Positions 47,941 through 57,756 of a DNA stretch of 64,000 nucleotides are shown here, one piece after another. Positions within the stretch are counted from its first letter, which is position 1; every line of letters begins with the position of its first letter. The DNA comes from a virus. Location: IMG/VR virus record IMGVR_UViG_3300020204_000008; one strand, written 5' to 3'. A program made the translations under genes and the position numbers. Below the pieces are notes generated by a model. The model was not told the DNA's origin. It did not search any database and saw only the letters and a program-made list of their open reading frames with translations.

Positions 47941-48702
47941 TTATCTATTCAGCCTTTCAGAATTTTCGATCTTTTCAAACACCTCTTCCAATTTCATGAT
48001 GATAGGGTGGCGCACGATATCCTCCTTAGACAACTGTGCTATTCCAATCTCCTCTATCTCTACGAAATGTTCGATCAGGATCTCAAGAGCGCTCTTCTGA
48101 CCCTTATTGACCGACTTCTGTTTAATATCTCCCAAGAATACCATCTTGGAATTACTGCCGATCCTGGTCAATAGTGTATGTAGGTGATCCTTCGCTATCT
48201 GTTGAGCCTCATCGATCAGGATGATAGCATTGTCTAGGGTCACACCTAATGCGAACTTGATCGGTAGGATCTCAATGTTTCCGTTTGCCTTTAGAGACTC
48301 GGTCGCCTGCTTGCCGATCACCTTGTGAAAATTGGAAATAAATGGATACATGTACATCTCCATCTTCTCCTCTAAGGTTCCCTTTAAGTAACCTATCTCC
48401 TCATCCTTAGGCACGTTAACTGATTTTATTAAGATGATCTTTTTGTAGGTTCCAGGATCCTCCTTTAAGTACTTGAGTGCTCTAGCACAGGAGAGATAGG
48501 TCTTACCCGTTCCTGGAGGTCCAGTTATGATTGATATGTCATGGTCCTCAATAGCGGTTAATGCATCCTTTTGGGCTCTAGATTTACACTTTATCTCTAT
48601 CTTGTTTGAGAACATCTTAGCTGCGGTTAGTGCCTCACGCTCTCTTTGCCAGGTTTCGATATCTTCTAATTCCTCTTTGCTTAGTTTTTTTCTCTGTGCC
48701 AT
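47941..48702 (-). CDS. phoH: PhoH-family ATPase
   Basis: GPPGTGKTY, IGYLKG...EKM..Y, DEAQ, LTRIG, GD..Q, DIVRHP. Confidence 0.93.
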   Translation of the reverse strand: MAQRKKLSKEELEDIETWQREREALTAAKMFSNKIEIKCKSRAQKDALTAIEDHDISIITGPPGTGKTYLSCARALKYLKEDPGTYKKIILIKSVNVPKDEEIGYLKGTLEEKMEMYMYPFISNFHKVIGKQATESLKANGNIEILPIKFALGVTLDNAIILIDEAQQIAKDHLHTLLTRIGSNSKMVFLGDIKQKSVNKGQKSALEILIEHFVEIEEIGIAQLSKEDIVRHPIIMKLEEVFEKIENSERLNR

Positions 48703-48705
48703 AAG

Positions 48706-49332
48706 TTAGTATATTTTAGCTGCGATCACGATCCCAAGTAGGATCTTTATGTAGTGGATCTGAAAGTTAAGGAAAGCTCGTACCGCTTTAAATTGTTTTT
48801 CTGAAAACTCAGTGGATCTTAGTGTGGCTGCGCTTAGTTTCTGTAAACCCAGTCTTATCTTTGAATTCAAGGCAGTATCGTAAATGCTCGTAAAGTCCAC
48901 GATTATGTCGCTAAAATTGATCCCAGTAACGTTATCACAATTTAGGAGCTTTAAGAACTTTCTGCCTGCCTTGATCGTCTTGATCTTTAATAGAAGGTCA
49001 TCCTCCTTTAGTGAATTATCCAGAGCCTTGCTTAGGGCGTCCATCTTTTTTATGTTTACTGCCTCTTCGGCTATCCACTCAACGTCTCCTCTATAGAGTG
49101 AAATTGAGACGTCTGATCCGTCTTCAATATAGTAGAAGTTAAGGCTCTGTATCGTTCCATTGTCCCCAAACGCCTTCACTAAGATCGGTGAGATTCCCAA
49201 TTTTATAAGGTCATCTCCTCGTTCAACCATCGATATGTCATAGTCTCCAAACGGAAACTCTGTCATGAATGGAAGAACCGTCTTTAATTCTGAAGTCTTA
49301 TCTACTGCTCCATCTTGGTCACGGTCATCCAT
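48706..49332 (-). CDS. hypothetical protein
   Basis: About 208 aa; late motif at 49350..49358. Confidence 0.7.
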   Translation of the reverse strand: MDDRDQDGAVDKTSELKTVLPFMTEFPFGDYDISMVERGDDLIKLGISPILVKAFGDNGTIQSLNFYYIEDGSDVSISLYRGDVEWIAEEAVNIKKMDALSKALDNSLKEDDLLLKIKTIKAGRKFLKLLNCDNVTGINFSDIIVDFTSIYDTALNSKIRLGLQKLSAATLRSTEFSEKQFKAVRAFLNFQIHYIKILLGIVIAAKIY

Positions 49333-49453
49333 ACCCAAACCTCTTTTTGTTATTTATTTCCAAGAAATCCATGGAATCTTTAATGTGCTGACACTATATA
49401 GTATTTTTAGTCTAGTCTGAAACTGTATAATACAGGCTAAGTATAAAAAAGAC

Positions 49454-50116
49454 ATGGAAGATAAATCAAAACAAATTAAAAAACTTGATCTTAAGCAGAA
49501 TGCGATCAAGATCTTAATCAACTCTATTTATGGAGCATTTGGGAATAAGTGGTTCTATTTCTACAATCCCGATATTGCCCAATCAATTACGATACAGGGC
49601 CAAGACCTAATCAAGTTTTCAATCAAGGCCGTGAATCACTACTTCCTAGAAAAGTGGCACCTTGACACCGACCTGCATAAATTATTGGGTCTAGAAGGTT
49701 ACACGATCAATAAGATCGAGGATGAGGCTGCTATCTACACGGACACTGACAGTGTGGTAGCAGACACTATTATTACTAGCGGAAAGTATGGCAGTTTATC
49801 AGTCGAGGATTGGTATGATCTCAACGTCTCAAATGGATCAGCCGGTAATACTCTTGCTGGTCATGAATCAGTAAAGGTCGATTCGTCTGATTCAATTTTA
49901 AATTGGGATAAGTCAAATGGACTACATGAATCTAGAGTAAAGCGAATCATTCGACATCGAGTTACTAAAGAAAGATGGAAGCTAACTACTGAATCCGGAA
50001 AGACAGTTATTGTTACTGGAGACCATTCACTTATCGTGTTTAGAGATAATGTGCAACTTGAGATAAAAGCCCGTGATATTAATCCGAAAACCGATTTAGT
50101 TTTAGTAGTAAAATAG
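49454..50116 (+). CDS. gp43: DNA polymerase B middle piece (motif B to YTDTD) fused to split-intein N part (49751..50113)
   Basis: KQNAIKILINSIYGAFGN, YTDTD|SVVADT; block B VTGDHSL; promoter motif at 49420..49447. Confidence 0.95.
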   Translation: MEDKSKQIKKLDLKQNAIKILINSIYGAFGNKWFYFYNPDIAQSITIQGQDLIKFSIKAVNHYFLEKWHLDTDLHKLLGLEGYTINKIEDEAAIYTDTDSVVADTIITSGKYGSLSVEDWYDLNVSNGSAGNTLAGHESVKVDSSDSILNWDKSNGLHESRVKRIIRHRVTKERWKLTTESGKTVIVTGDHSLIVFRDNVQLEIKARDINPKTDLVLVVK

Positions 50117-50142
50117 ATAAGCAGTATCTGTATATATACTAT

Positions 50143-51321
50143 ATGGCAAATAGAATATCATCATCACGTGAATTAGAGAAAATATACTTAGAAAATAATA
50201 TATCTCACTCTCCATGTAAAGAGTGCTCATCTGCTATTTGGTATCCACATACAATTGTCTCTAGAGATAAAAAAGGAAACGTTAAAATCGTAAATGCAAA
50301 TCATTTAACAATTAAGAACTTTAACGGAAAAGACTATCCTCTAGTTGTGTGTTATGACTGTCTAACTTTAAAATTTCCGGAAATTTCTAATAAGAACTCA
50401 AGTAAACTTTTTAACACTTGTAATGAATACGTAAAATTTGCATTTAAAGTAGAAGATGATGAATTTCTAAGTAAAAGAAAAGATCATGGAATAACTTTAG
50501 ATAAGATGATTCAATTACATGGTGAAAGAGAAGGTACTCAGAAATGGGAAAAATACTGTTCCTTTCAAAGAGAGAAAAATACCTTTGAATATAAAAAACA
50601 AAAATACGACTTAACTAGGGAGGAGTTTGATGAGTTCAATCGATCTAGGGGAGTCACTGAAGCTAATTTAATTAAAAAATACGGTACTGATATTGGAAAA
50701 GCTAAATGGCTGGACTATATAAACCGTCAGCGATTTACAAAGAGCATAGAATATTATATTGATAAGTATGGAAAAAAGGAAGGTCCTCTTAAATGGAGCG
50801 AATTAAATTCATCAAAGGCATTAACTTTATCGAATTTTGTAAAAAGGTATGGCGAAGAGCTCGGATCAAATAAATTCGAAGAGTATTTGTCTAGATTTAA
50901 GACATCAACAAGTAAAGTGTCACAAAGCTTCTTTAATTCTCTTGATTTAAAGTTAGGTGAGTTTAATTTAAAGACGTATTATCATTCAAAAAATACTGAA
51001 TTTTCAATACTTCTTAAAAACCTAAATAAGTATTATAAGTTAGATTATTATATCTTTGATTTAAAAATAGCAATTGAATATAATGGAGACTATTGGCATG
51101 CTAATCCTGAAATATACTTAAGGGATGACATAATTCATTCCGATCTAACCGCTAACGAAATATGGGATCGTGACACCGCTCGAATAAATAATTTACTTTT
51201 GGAAAAAGGAATTGAGACTATTAAAGTATGGCAAAAGGATGATTTTATAAATAGAGAAAACATTTTAAATAAAATATATGAAGAAATTAAACACAGAGTT
51301 CGAGAAAATAAAATCAATTGA
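50143..51321 (+). CDS. free-standing Vsr-like/PD-(D/E)XK homing endonuclease with KYG repeats
   Basis: LDYY......IEYNGDYWH.NP...WDRD..R....G...VW; repeated KYG..G..KW; AT-rich. Confidence 0.85.
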   Translation: MANRISSSRELEKIYLENNISHSPCKECSSAIWYPHTIVSRDKKGNVKIVNANHLTIKNFNGKDYPLVVCYDCLTLKFPEISNKNSSKLFNTCNEYVKFAFKVEDDEFLSKRKDHGITLDKMIQLHGEREGTQKWEKYCSFQREKNTFEYKKQKYDLTREEFDEFNRSRGVTEANLIKKYGTDIGKAKWLDYINRQRFTKSIEYYIDKYGKKEGPLKWSELNSSKALTLSNFVKRYGEELGSNKFEEYLSRFKTSTSKVSQSFFNSLDLKLGEFNLKTYYHSKNTEFSILLKNLNKYYKLDYYIFDLKIAIEYNGDYWHANPEIYLRDDIIHSDLTANEIWDRDTARINNLLLEKGIETIKVWQKDDFINRENILNKIYEEIKHRVRENKIN

Positions 51322-52552
51322 AAGGCTTACTGACTTTAATGACGAATTTGTGTATGATGTTGAAGTGGACGAAGAGTCTCACTCATTTATCGCAAACGAT
51401 ATATTAGTTCACAATTCAATCTATGTCCAATTTGACTCTGCTATAGATTCAATAATAGGTGCCGAGTTTACTAAGGACGAGGCTCTAAACGTCTGTATCA
51501 ACATTGACCGATATCGTCTATCTAGTTATTTTGATGCCTGTTTTGAAAAGTACGGCAAGGTCTTTAATACTAAGAATCGACTAAAGTTTAAGCTTGAAAA
51601 CCTTTCTGAGACTGGAATCTGGCTTAAGAAAAAGAATTATGCTATTCGAGTGGCATACGAACCTAATCCAAACTATGAGTTAGAGCCTCAAGAAAAAAGA
51701 TACTTAATCATCAAGGGATTGGAACCAGTAAAGGGTTCATATCCTATTTGGGCAAGGGACCGATTGACCGATCTTACCTCCTTCATCATGGACAGAGGTA
51801 AGAGGCTAGACATCGAAAGGGATATTATTCCAAGACTAGTGACTTTAAAAAATGAAGCCATTTCCATGCATCCCGATGAATTGGCCTTTAATTTTAATAT
51901 CCGAATCTACAACAAGTATGTCGCTAGCGAAGAGCGGCTTGAACTTAAGAAGGGAATATCGATCTTTCCTCGAGCGGCTGCGATCTATAATCACATCCTA
52001 ATCAAGACCGGCCTTACTGAAAAATATCCCAAGATCAGAGAAAAGGACAAGATCAAGTTTTATTACTGTAATCCTGAACACAATGATGGAGGACATGACG
52101 TGTTCGCCTATTCTCCAGGAACCTATCCTGACGAGATAGCTCTTAAGATGGATATCGATGCTCAGTTCTTTTCCTTAATCGTGGAACCGGTGAACCGACT
52201 CTTGACTGCAATGAAGATGAGCTCGCTTGATATTAATCTAAAAAGAGCGGTCGATATGGTCACAGTAAAGAGCAAAAAACTTCTCACTGACGAGCAGTTA
52301 TATCCGCTATACATCGTCGATCAAGAGACTCTAGAATACGTTGAAGTTCCTGAAAAGTTCTGGAAGGTGATCGGAAATCCGGATGCAGATATTCCGGAAG
52401 CCGACTTTCAAGAGTACTTGGCAGTGATCACTCGATACGGGCTAAATACCACTATCGTGCCCAAGCCTGAACTCGATAAGTACTTGAAAAGAATGACTAA
52501 AAAGCTAGAGAAAAAGAATCCAGTACCCGAATTAGAGGAGGAAAATGCTTGA
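51278..52552 (+). CDS. gp43: split-intein C part (51278..51415) fused to DNA polymerase B C-terminal piece
   Basis: VYDVEVDEESHSFIANDILVHN|SIYV; KLE, KKKNYA, IKGLE, DKIKF. Confidence 0.95.
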   Translation: MKKLNTEFEKIKSIERLTDFNDEFVYDVEVDEESHSFIANDILVHNSIYVQFDSAIDSIIGAEFTKDEALNVCINIDRYRLSSYFDACFEKYGKVFNTKNRLKFKLENLSETGIWLKKKNYAIRVAYEPNPNYELEPQEKRYLIIKGLEPVKGSYPIWARDRLTDLTSFIMDRGKRLDIERDIIPRLVTLKNEAISMHPDELAFNFNIRIYNKYVASEERLELKKGISIFPRAAAIYNHILIKTGLTEKYPKIREKDKIKFYYCNPEHNDGGHDVFAYSPGTYPDEIALKMDIDAQFFSLIVEPVNRLLTAMKMSSLDINLKRAVDMVTVKSKKLLTDEQLYPLYIVDQETLEYVEVPEKFWKVIGNPDADIPEADFQEYLAVITRYGLNTTIVPKPELDKYLKRMTKKLEKKNPVPELEEENA

Positions 52553-53681
52553 TCTCATAACCGGTTACAACATACATCAGTTTATTAAGGACCTTCTTAA
52601 AAAGAGGTTTCCGGAAGACCGATTTAAGCAGGAACCTTACGATTCCGGTGACAAGATCAATTTTGCCTGCCCATACTGCGGAGATTCCAAGTCTGACTCT
52701 AGGAAAAAAAGGGGCAACCTCTATCCGGAACGCGGATTCTATAAGTGCTACAATGACGGTTGCGGAGTAAAGGTCGACTTGCCCAGATTCATCTCGAAGT
52801 TTTCTCTAAAATACTCTCTTGGAGTACCGGACGTCAAGGCTCAAGTAAAGTGGGTACCCCAGACCACCAAGAAGAAGAGAGGTTCCTTAATTGAACTCTT
52901 AATCAATAACCAGGTTGGGGAGCACCTCCTAAGAATAGATCAACTCGTAGAGAGGTTCTCGCTTACTCCTTGCGATGAAGCTGAACCGGAGTCAAGGGTT
53001 GGAGAATTCATTGAGACTCGAAGACTTAGTGCCATTCCTTCCTTTCATGAGTGTGCCTATTTCGATTCAAGGGACGATAAAGTCTACCTATTTAACCTAG
53101 ACTTACGTTCAGGCAAGGTGTTAGGTTTTGCCATACGTCGACTTGGAGAAGAGATCACTGGTCCAAAGTACCTCATAAAAAACTATTCTGAGCTTAAAAA
53201 GAATGGGCTTGTTCGAGGAATCGCGGATGAAGTCATATCAGATATCGATAACATCAATAATTACTTTAACGTCTTAAATGTCGATTTTACTAAACCGGTA
53301 ATGGTGACTGAAGGTCAGATCGATGCGATGTTCCTAAGAAATGCAATAGCCACCACCGGTATCTCCAAAAGTAAGTTACTCTTGGAAAACCTTCTTAGTA
53401 AATCAAACACTCTGATCCTATTCGATAGTGACATTGCCGGCAAGACACAGTCAGTCGACCTGATCAAAAAAGGATATCATGTCTTCTTATGGAATCGGGT
53501 AATGATGGACCTTCGTCAAAAACATCCTAATGTAGACTATCGCACGATCCGTAGTATTAAAGACGTCAATGACCTCTATCAGTTCATGCAAAGGGTCGAC
53601 TCTAGCCTCGATTATAGTTCATTTAATGAGTTTGTTTTGGGATACTTTTCAGATTCTCCCTTAGATTTGCTCTACATCTAA
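52545..53681 (+). CDS. gp61: DNA primase (gp61-like)
   Basis: CPYCGDS.....KKRG...YKCYN.GC zinc domain, TEGQIDAMF, LFDSD.AG, KDVND. Confidence 0.93.
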   Translation: MLDLITGYNIHQFIKDLLKKRFPEDRFKQEPYDSGDKINFACPYCGDSKSDSRKKRGNLYPERGFYKCYNDGCGVKVDLPRFISKFSLKYSLGVPDVKAQVKWVPQTTKKKRGSLIELLINNQVGEHLLRIDQLVERFSLTPCDEAEPESRVGEFIETRRLSAIPSFHECAYFDSRDDKVYLFNLDLRSGKVLGFAIRRLGEEITGPKYLIKNYSELKKNGLVRGIADEVISDIDNINNYFNVLNVDFTKPVMVTEGQIDAMFLRNAIATTGISKSKLLLENLLSKSNTLILFDSDIAGKTQSVDLIKKGYHVFLWNRVMMDLRQKHPNVDYRTIRSIKDVNDLYQFMQRVDSSLDYSSFNEFVLGYFSDSPLDLLYI

Positions 53682-53706
53682 ATAAATAATAAAAAAATTA
53701 ACGATC

Positions 53707-54015
53707 ATGAGAAGAATCATGAATTTAAGAGAGTTTCGAATAAACGAGATGGAGGAACCGGAAATGCCATTTGAGATGGACGAGTCCCTACTTGACGAAT
53801 TGGTAGAATTAGTCGGATCTGAAGAAGATGTCGAAGAGGCGGCTGGGGATGCATACGACGACTTGGCAGAAGCTGCCGAGAGCGGAGAGATCGAGATGAC
53901 AGAAGAGGACATGCCGGAAAAACTAGTAATCGCTGCTCTTCTAGTTAAGCTCGTAGAAAAAGGAAAGCTTGGCCCAGACGATGCTGATGGACTGATCGAA
54001 AAATACTTAGGATAG
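53707..54015 (+). CDS. acidic CTS-motif protein
   Basis: MRRIMNLREFRINE; late motif at 53681..53689. Confidence 0.7.
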   Translation: MRRIMNLREFRINEMEEPEMPFEMDESLLDELVELVGSEEDVEEAAGDAYDDLAEAAESGEIEMTEEDMPEKLVIAALLVKLVEKGKLGPDDADGLIEKYLG

Positions 54016-54041
54016 ACTCAGTCTCTCATATTAAAGTCTAG

Positions 54042-54070
54042 ACCTCGTTCCTACAAGAACGAGGTTTTTT
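54042..54070 (+). terminator. intrinsic terminator
   Basis: ACCTCGTTC-ctacaa-GAACGAGGT followed by a T tract. Confidence 0.8.
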
Positions 54071-54089
54071 CTTGAAATAAATAATCAAT

Positions 54090-54590
54090 ATGGCAAAGGA
54101 ACGAGACATACATGACTTTCTTAAGCCCCAACGGGGCAAGGTCAAGCAGGGTTACTTTACCCCAATGAATCCTGAAAAATACAGCGGTGACGTAACCAAG
54201 ATCATTTATAGGTCCAGTTGGGAACTCAAGTTTCTCACCTATTGTGACAACACGGATGCTGTAGTAGAATATGTGTCAGAACCCATGCCCATTAAATATT
54301 GGAATCCAATCCTAAAACAGGAATCCACCTATTGGGTCGACTGTTACATGGCAACTCGTTCTCCTGAGGGCGAGATCACCAAGTGGTTGATAGAGGTAAA
54401 ACCTCAAAAGTATCTTAGTCCACCGGAACCTCCCAATCGACTTACTGAAAAGGCAACTCTTAATTATGCTCGACACGCCAAGGCATACATCATCAATGAT
54501 GCCAAGTTTAGAGCTGCAAAAGTCTATGCTAAAAAGAATAATATGCGATTCGGAATCATTACGGAAAACTTTCTCTTTAATAAGGTGTAA
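54090..54590 (+). CDS. gp4: head completion nuclease (gp4-like, TnsA fold)
   Basis: QG.F.P.NPEKY.GD...I.YRSSWE, SEP..IKY, Y.VD, IEVKP, N.AKF.AA, F.IITE. Confidence 0.92.
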   Translation: MAKERDIHDFLKPQRGKVKQGYFTPMNPEKYSGDVTKIIYRSSWELKFLTYCDNTDAVVEYVSEPMPIKYWNPILKQESTYWVDCYMATRSPEGEITKWLIEVKPQKYLSPPEPPNRLTEKATLNYARHAKAYIINDAKFRAAKVYAKKNNMRFGIITENFLFNKV

Positions 54591-54598
54591 AATATTAG

Positions 54599-55219
54599 GT
54601 GAAGGATTTTAACGACATACCTAAAAATAACAGCACTCTGCCCCTTAACGTAGTCGCTAGGGATTTCGGCATTGCTCAAAAAAGAGGAGAAATGATTCCC
54701 GGAAGATTCTATTCACTTAGGACTCAGGTACAGGTGCCTGCTTTAACTGAAGAATACGTTCATGCAATCACAGGTAAAAACTACCTAGACTTAAATCCAG
54801 TAGGGCTGCTTCTATTTCATGATAATTGGAAGGAGACTGCTCTTGTCCTAAATCTAAAGGTGATGCCACCTAGAGCCAGTGCAAAGATCTTGGAGTCATA
54901 CTGGAAGTTTTCTCAACTCAACGGTCTCAATAATCTCTTCGATAAGGAGGGTAACCTACGACCGATTGAGGAGCGTCGATTGATCGATCAGCGATTCTAC
55001 TTGATCACACCGACCGCACTGAGCACAATACTTGGTGTAAACAACCTGAATTACGCAATAAATAAATATAACATGGACCAGGTACTTGAGGCTAGGTTAA
55101 TTGATTGGGACAGATTCGGCATGCTAGTCAATCCTACGCTTACGGTGGACGGTCTCTATCCAGATCCAATAAATCTGGCACGGGTCTACGAAGACTTTTT
55201 AACAAATACTTTAACATAA
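54599..55219 (+). CDS. gp2: DNA end protector-like protein (gp2-like)
   Basis: PGRFY, D..P..L, LNL...PP..., YAI.KY; next to gp4 and portal. Confidence 0.6.
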   Translation: MKDFNDIPKNNSTLPLNVVARDFGIAQKRGEMIPGRFYSLRTQVQVPALTEEYVHAITGKNYLDLNPVGLLLFHDNWKETALVLNLKVMPPRASAKILESYWKFSQLNGLNNLFDKEGNLRPIEERRLIDQRFYLITPTALSTILGVNNLNYAINKYNMDQVLEARLIDWDRFGMLVNPTLTVDGLYPDPINLARVYEDFLTNTLT

Positions 55220-55220
55220 T

Positions 55221-56948
55221 ATGAGTGGATTTTTAGACACATCAGGAAGAAAAACAAGCGGTACCCTATCGAACTTAAGTAAGTTCGGTACTCGACACGA
55301 GGACCTCCTACTTAGAAACTCACAGGCGATCGGTTTTATCGAGAGTCAGTTGCAGTCTAGGACGTCTCGGCTTAACGCAAACGATGAGTTGCTTAAGTTT
55401 TCAATGGCGATCTCAGACACGACATCCCAATTAAGAACTAAAGCCATTGCATTTTTTCAGTTGGACTATGTGGTAAAAAGGGAAAGACTAAGAGACGTTG
55501 CAGCAAACGGTGAAATCGAGTTTATTCTTGAGACCATCGTCGATGACATGATAGTATACGATGAGGAACAAAGATTTGTGCATCCTAAGGACCTTACTGG
55601 AAAGATGCTCTATCGTGGAGACACTAAAGAAGAGCGCCTAAACTTTCAGGAAAAGGTGCTTAAGAAATATACTGATAATTTTGAACGCATCTATAACTCT
55701 TGGAGCTTTGGAGAGGGAATCTCTGCATGGCAGTATGCCTTTCAGTTCCTAGTTGAGGGCCACCTCTCTTTTGAGATCATCTATGATAACTTAGATAAAC
55801 CTAAAGAGATAATTGGATTCAAGGAATTGGATCCCGCTAGCATAGCTCCTCAGTTACAGAAGGACGCTAAAGGCAAGATCTTCTTGCAGTGGCTACAGTA
55901 CGACCAACAGACTGGTTCTACTAGAGTGCTTAATGATTCACAGGTGATCTATATCTCGTATGCCAATCACTTTAGGACCAAACGAGTAAGTTTCGTTGAG
56001 CGACTAATCAGATCGTTTAACCTATTAAGAATCATCGAACACAGTAAAGTTATTTGGCACGTAATGAACGCTCCGATTCGTCTAGCAACGACCGTGCCGA
56101 TCGGAAGTAAGAGCTTTCAAAAGGGTCAAGAGGACGTTCGTGAGTTCCTAAACATGTTTAAAGAAGACATCTACTTCAATGGAGACACTGGAGAACTAAA
56201 CGTTGAGGGCAAACCTAACATCTTATTCTATAAGAACTATATCATGCCAGTGAACGATCAGAATCAGCAGGTAAAGATCGAGACCCTACAGACTCCCGGA
56301 CCAAACCTATCGGGTTCAGAGCTCCTAAACTATTTCTATAAGAAATTAAAGATGGACTCCAAGATTCCTTATTCTAGATGGGAGGGTCAGTCTGGAATGG
56401 GTGCATTTACCCTTAATGCTGAGGGTATCACTAGGGAGGAGGTTCGTTACCAGAAATTCATCAATCGATTGAGGACTGCGTTTTCGGAAATGATGGTCAA
56501 GCCTTGGTACTTACAGATGTGTTTGGACTTTCCCGAATTAGCGGATGACTATAAGTTTAATAACGCTATTGGAATCAAGTATTACAACGATAACGTGTTT
56601 GAGGAGATGAAGAAGAACGAGATTGAGGCAAAACGAATAGCTTCTTTCCAAGGCAAAAAAGGAGTCATGAAAGACGACGGCACACCTTACTTCTCTACTG
56701 AATACTTGATCAGAGAAGAACTTAAAATGACAGATTCTGAGATTAAAGCTAATCTTGCATGGTTCGATCAAAAACCAGATGCTGAAGAGGCCGAAGAGCT
56801 TCCGCCTCCTCCAGGAGGTGCTGCTCCTGGAGGAGCTGCTCCTGCCGGTGGTGGAGGCGGTGCTGCCGCACCGGCTGCCGCTGCTGCTGAAGGCGGAGGT
56901 AGTGAAGTAAAAGACGGAGGCGAGACTTCCGGTGAAGGCCAACTTTAA
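55221..56948 (+). CDS. gp20: portal protein (gp20-like)
   Basis: R..A...EI...LE.IVDD.IV, F..EG, LDP, N.LR..E...VIW...AP.R, IETL..G.NL, YF.KKL.....P.SR, ITREE..Y.KFI.RLR. Confidence 0.93.
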   Translation: MSGFLDTSGRKTSGTLSNLSKFGTRHEDLLLRNSQAIGFIESQLQSRTSRLNANDELLKFSMAISDTTSQLRTKAIAFFQLDYVVKRERLRDVAANGEIEFILETIVDDMIVYDEEQRFVHPKDLTGKMLYRGDTKEERLNFQEKVLKKYTDNFERIYNSWSFGEGISAWQYAFQFLVEGHLSFEIIYDNLDKPKEIIGFKELDPASIAPQLQKDAKGKIFLQWLQYDQQTGSTRVLNDSQVIYISYANHFRTKRVSFVERLIRSFNLLRIIEHSKVIWHVMNAPIRLATTVPIGSKSFQKGQEDVREFLNMFKEDIYFNGDTGELNVEGKPNILFYKNYIMPVNDQNQQVKIETLQTPGPNLSGSELLNYFYKKLKMDSKIPYSRWEGQSGMGAFTLNAEGITREEVRYQKFINRLRTAFSEMMVKPWYLQMCLDFPELADDYKFNNAIGIKYYNDNVFEEMKKNEIEAKRIASFQGKKGVMKDDGTPYFSTEYLIREELKMTDSEIKANLAWFDQKPDAEEAEELPPPPGGAAPGGAAPAGGGGGAAAPAAAAAEGGGSEVKDGGETSGEGQL

Positions 56949-56989
56949 TCTAACTCATTAATTAAGTATAATAGCTAAAAATTATACTT

Positions 56990-57373
56990 ATGAAAGAAAA
57001 ATTAAATGACCTAATTGAGAGATTAGGTGCACTTCCTGCTGAGATCGCAGACCTACAGATCAAGGCATTGACCGTGAATGATGGAATTCAACTCATCTCA
57101 GAAAAAATAGTTCAGAGGGAGTCTGAGATTAAATCAGAGATCAATTCAGCACTGGATGAAAACGGTAAAAAGATCTATTCTAATGATGAGGCCAGAAAGA
57201 TTGCTTTCTTGACTGATGCGAAGGACGACTCTACTCTATCCATGCTCTATGCTGAAAAGTCCGAGCAGTCACATCAATTAGATCTAACTAGGATCCTGAT
57301 TGAAAAACACTCAAATGAGCAGAGAAACATTAGATCGATCCTATCAGTGATCAATTTGGTTTCTGAAGATTAA
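56990..57373 (+). CDS. coiled-coil hypothetical protein
   Basis: 127-aa ORF. Confidence 0.7.
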   Translation: MKEKLNDLIERLGALPAEIADLQIKALTVNDGIQLISEKIVQRESEIKSEINSALDENGKKIYSNDEARKIAFLTDAKDDSTLSMLYAEKSEQSHQLDLTRILIEKHSNEQRNIRSILSVINLVSED

Positions 57374-57747
57374 TCGTAAAAAAGAGCAAAGGAATTCTTT
57401 GTCTCAGGTATGTCGATCAGCAGCACGAAGATGTCACGATTTGATTTATCGTCTGGATATAGTGAAGGAGATACTGTGATCTGTCTTTTTCGTGCTTCTG
57501 CGACATACTTATTGATCTGACCAGTCGCATCCTTACCTAATCTACTAGGGTCAATCGAATACTCAAAAAGGTAATTGTCCAATTCTATTCCAAAATCGGG
57601 TTCTCCCAGAACCTCTCCTTTTCGGGTAAAAAGAGTCATCTTTACCTGCTGAATAGCAGATTCAAGTTCATCACTGATCTCTAAACGATCCCCTAAATAC
57701 TTAGGATCCTCATCAGTTCGGGTATAAAAGTCTCTAAGGCTTGCCAT
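57370..57747 (-). CDS. gp25: baseplate wedge protein (gp25-like)
   Basis: QQV.M.L.TRKGE..GEPDFG..L..YLFE. Confidence 0.88.
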   Translation of the reverse strand: MASLRDFYTRTDEDPKYLGDRLEISDELESAIQQVKMTLFTRKGEVLGEPDFGIELDNYLFEYSIDPSRLGKDATGQINKYVAEARKRQITVSPSLYPDDKSNRDIFVLLIDIPETKNSFALFYD

Positions 57748-57756
57748 ATTAAATAA

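Noticed and set aside
56800-56900. GC-rich repeat-like stretch
   Set aside because: Simply encodes the Gly/Ala/Pro low-complexity tail of the portal protein
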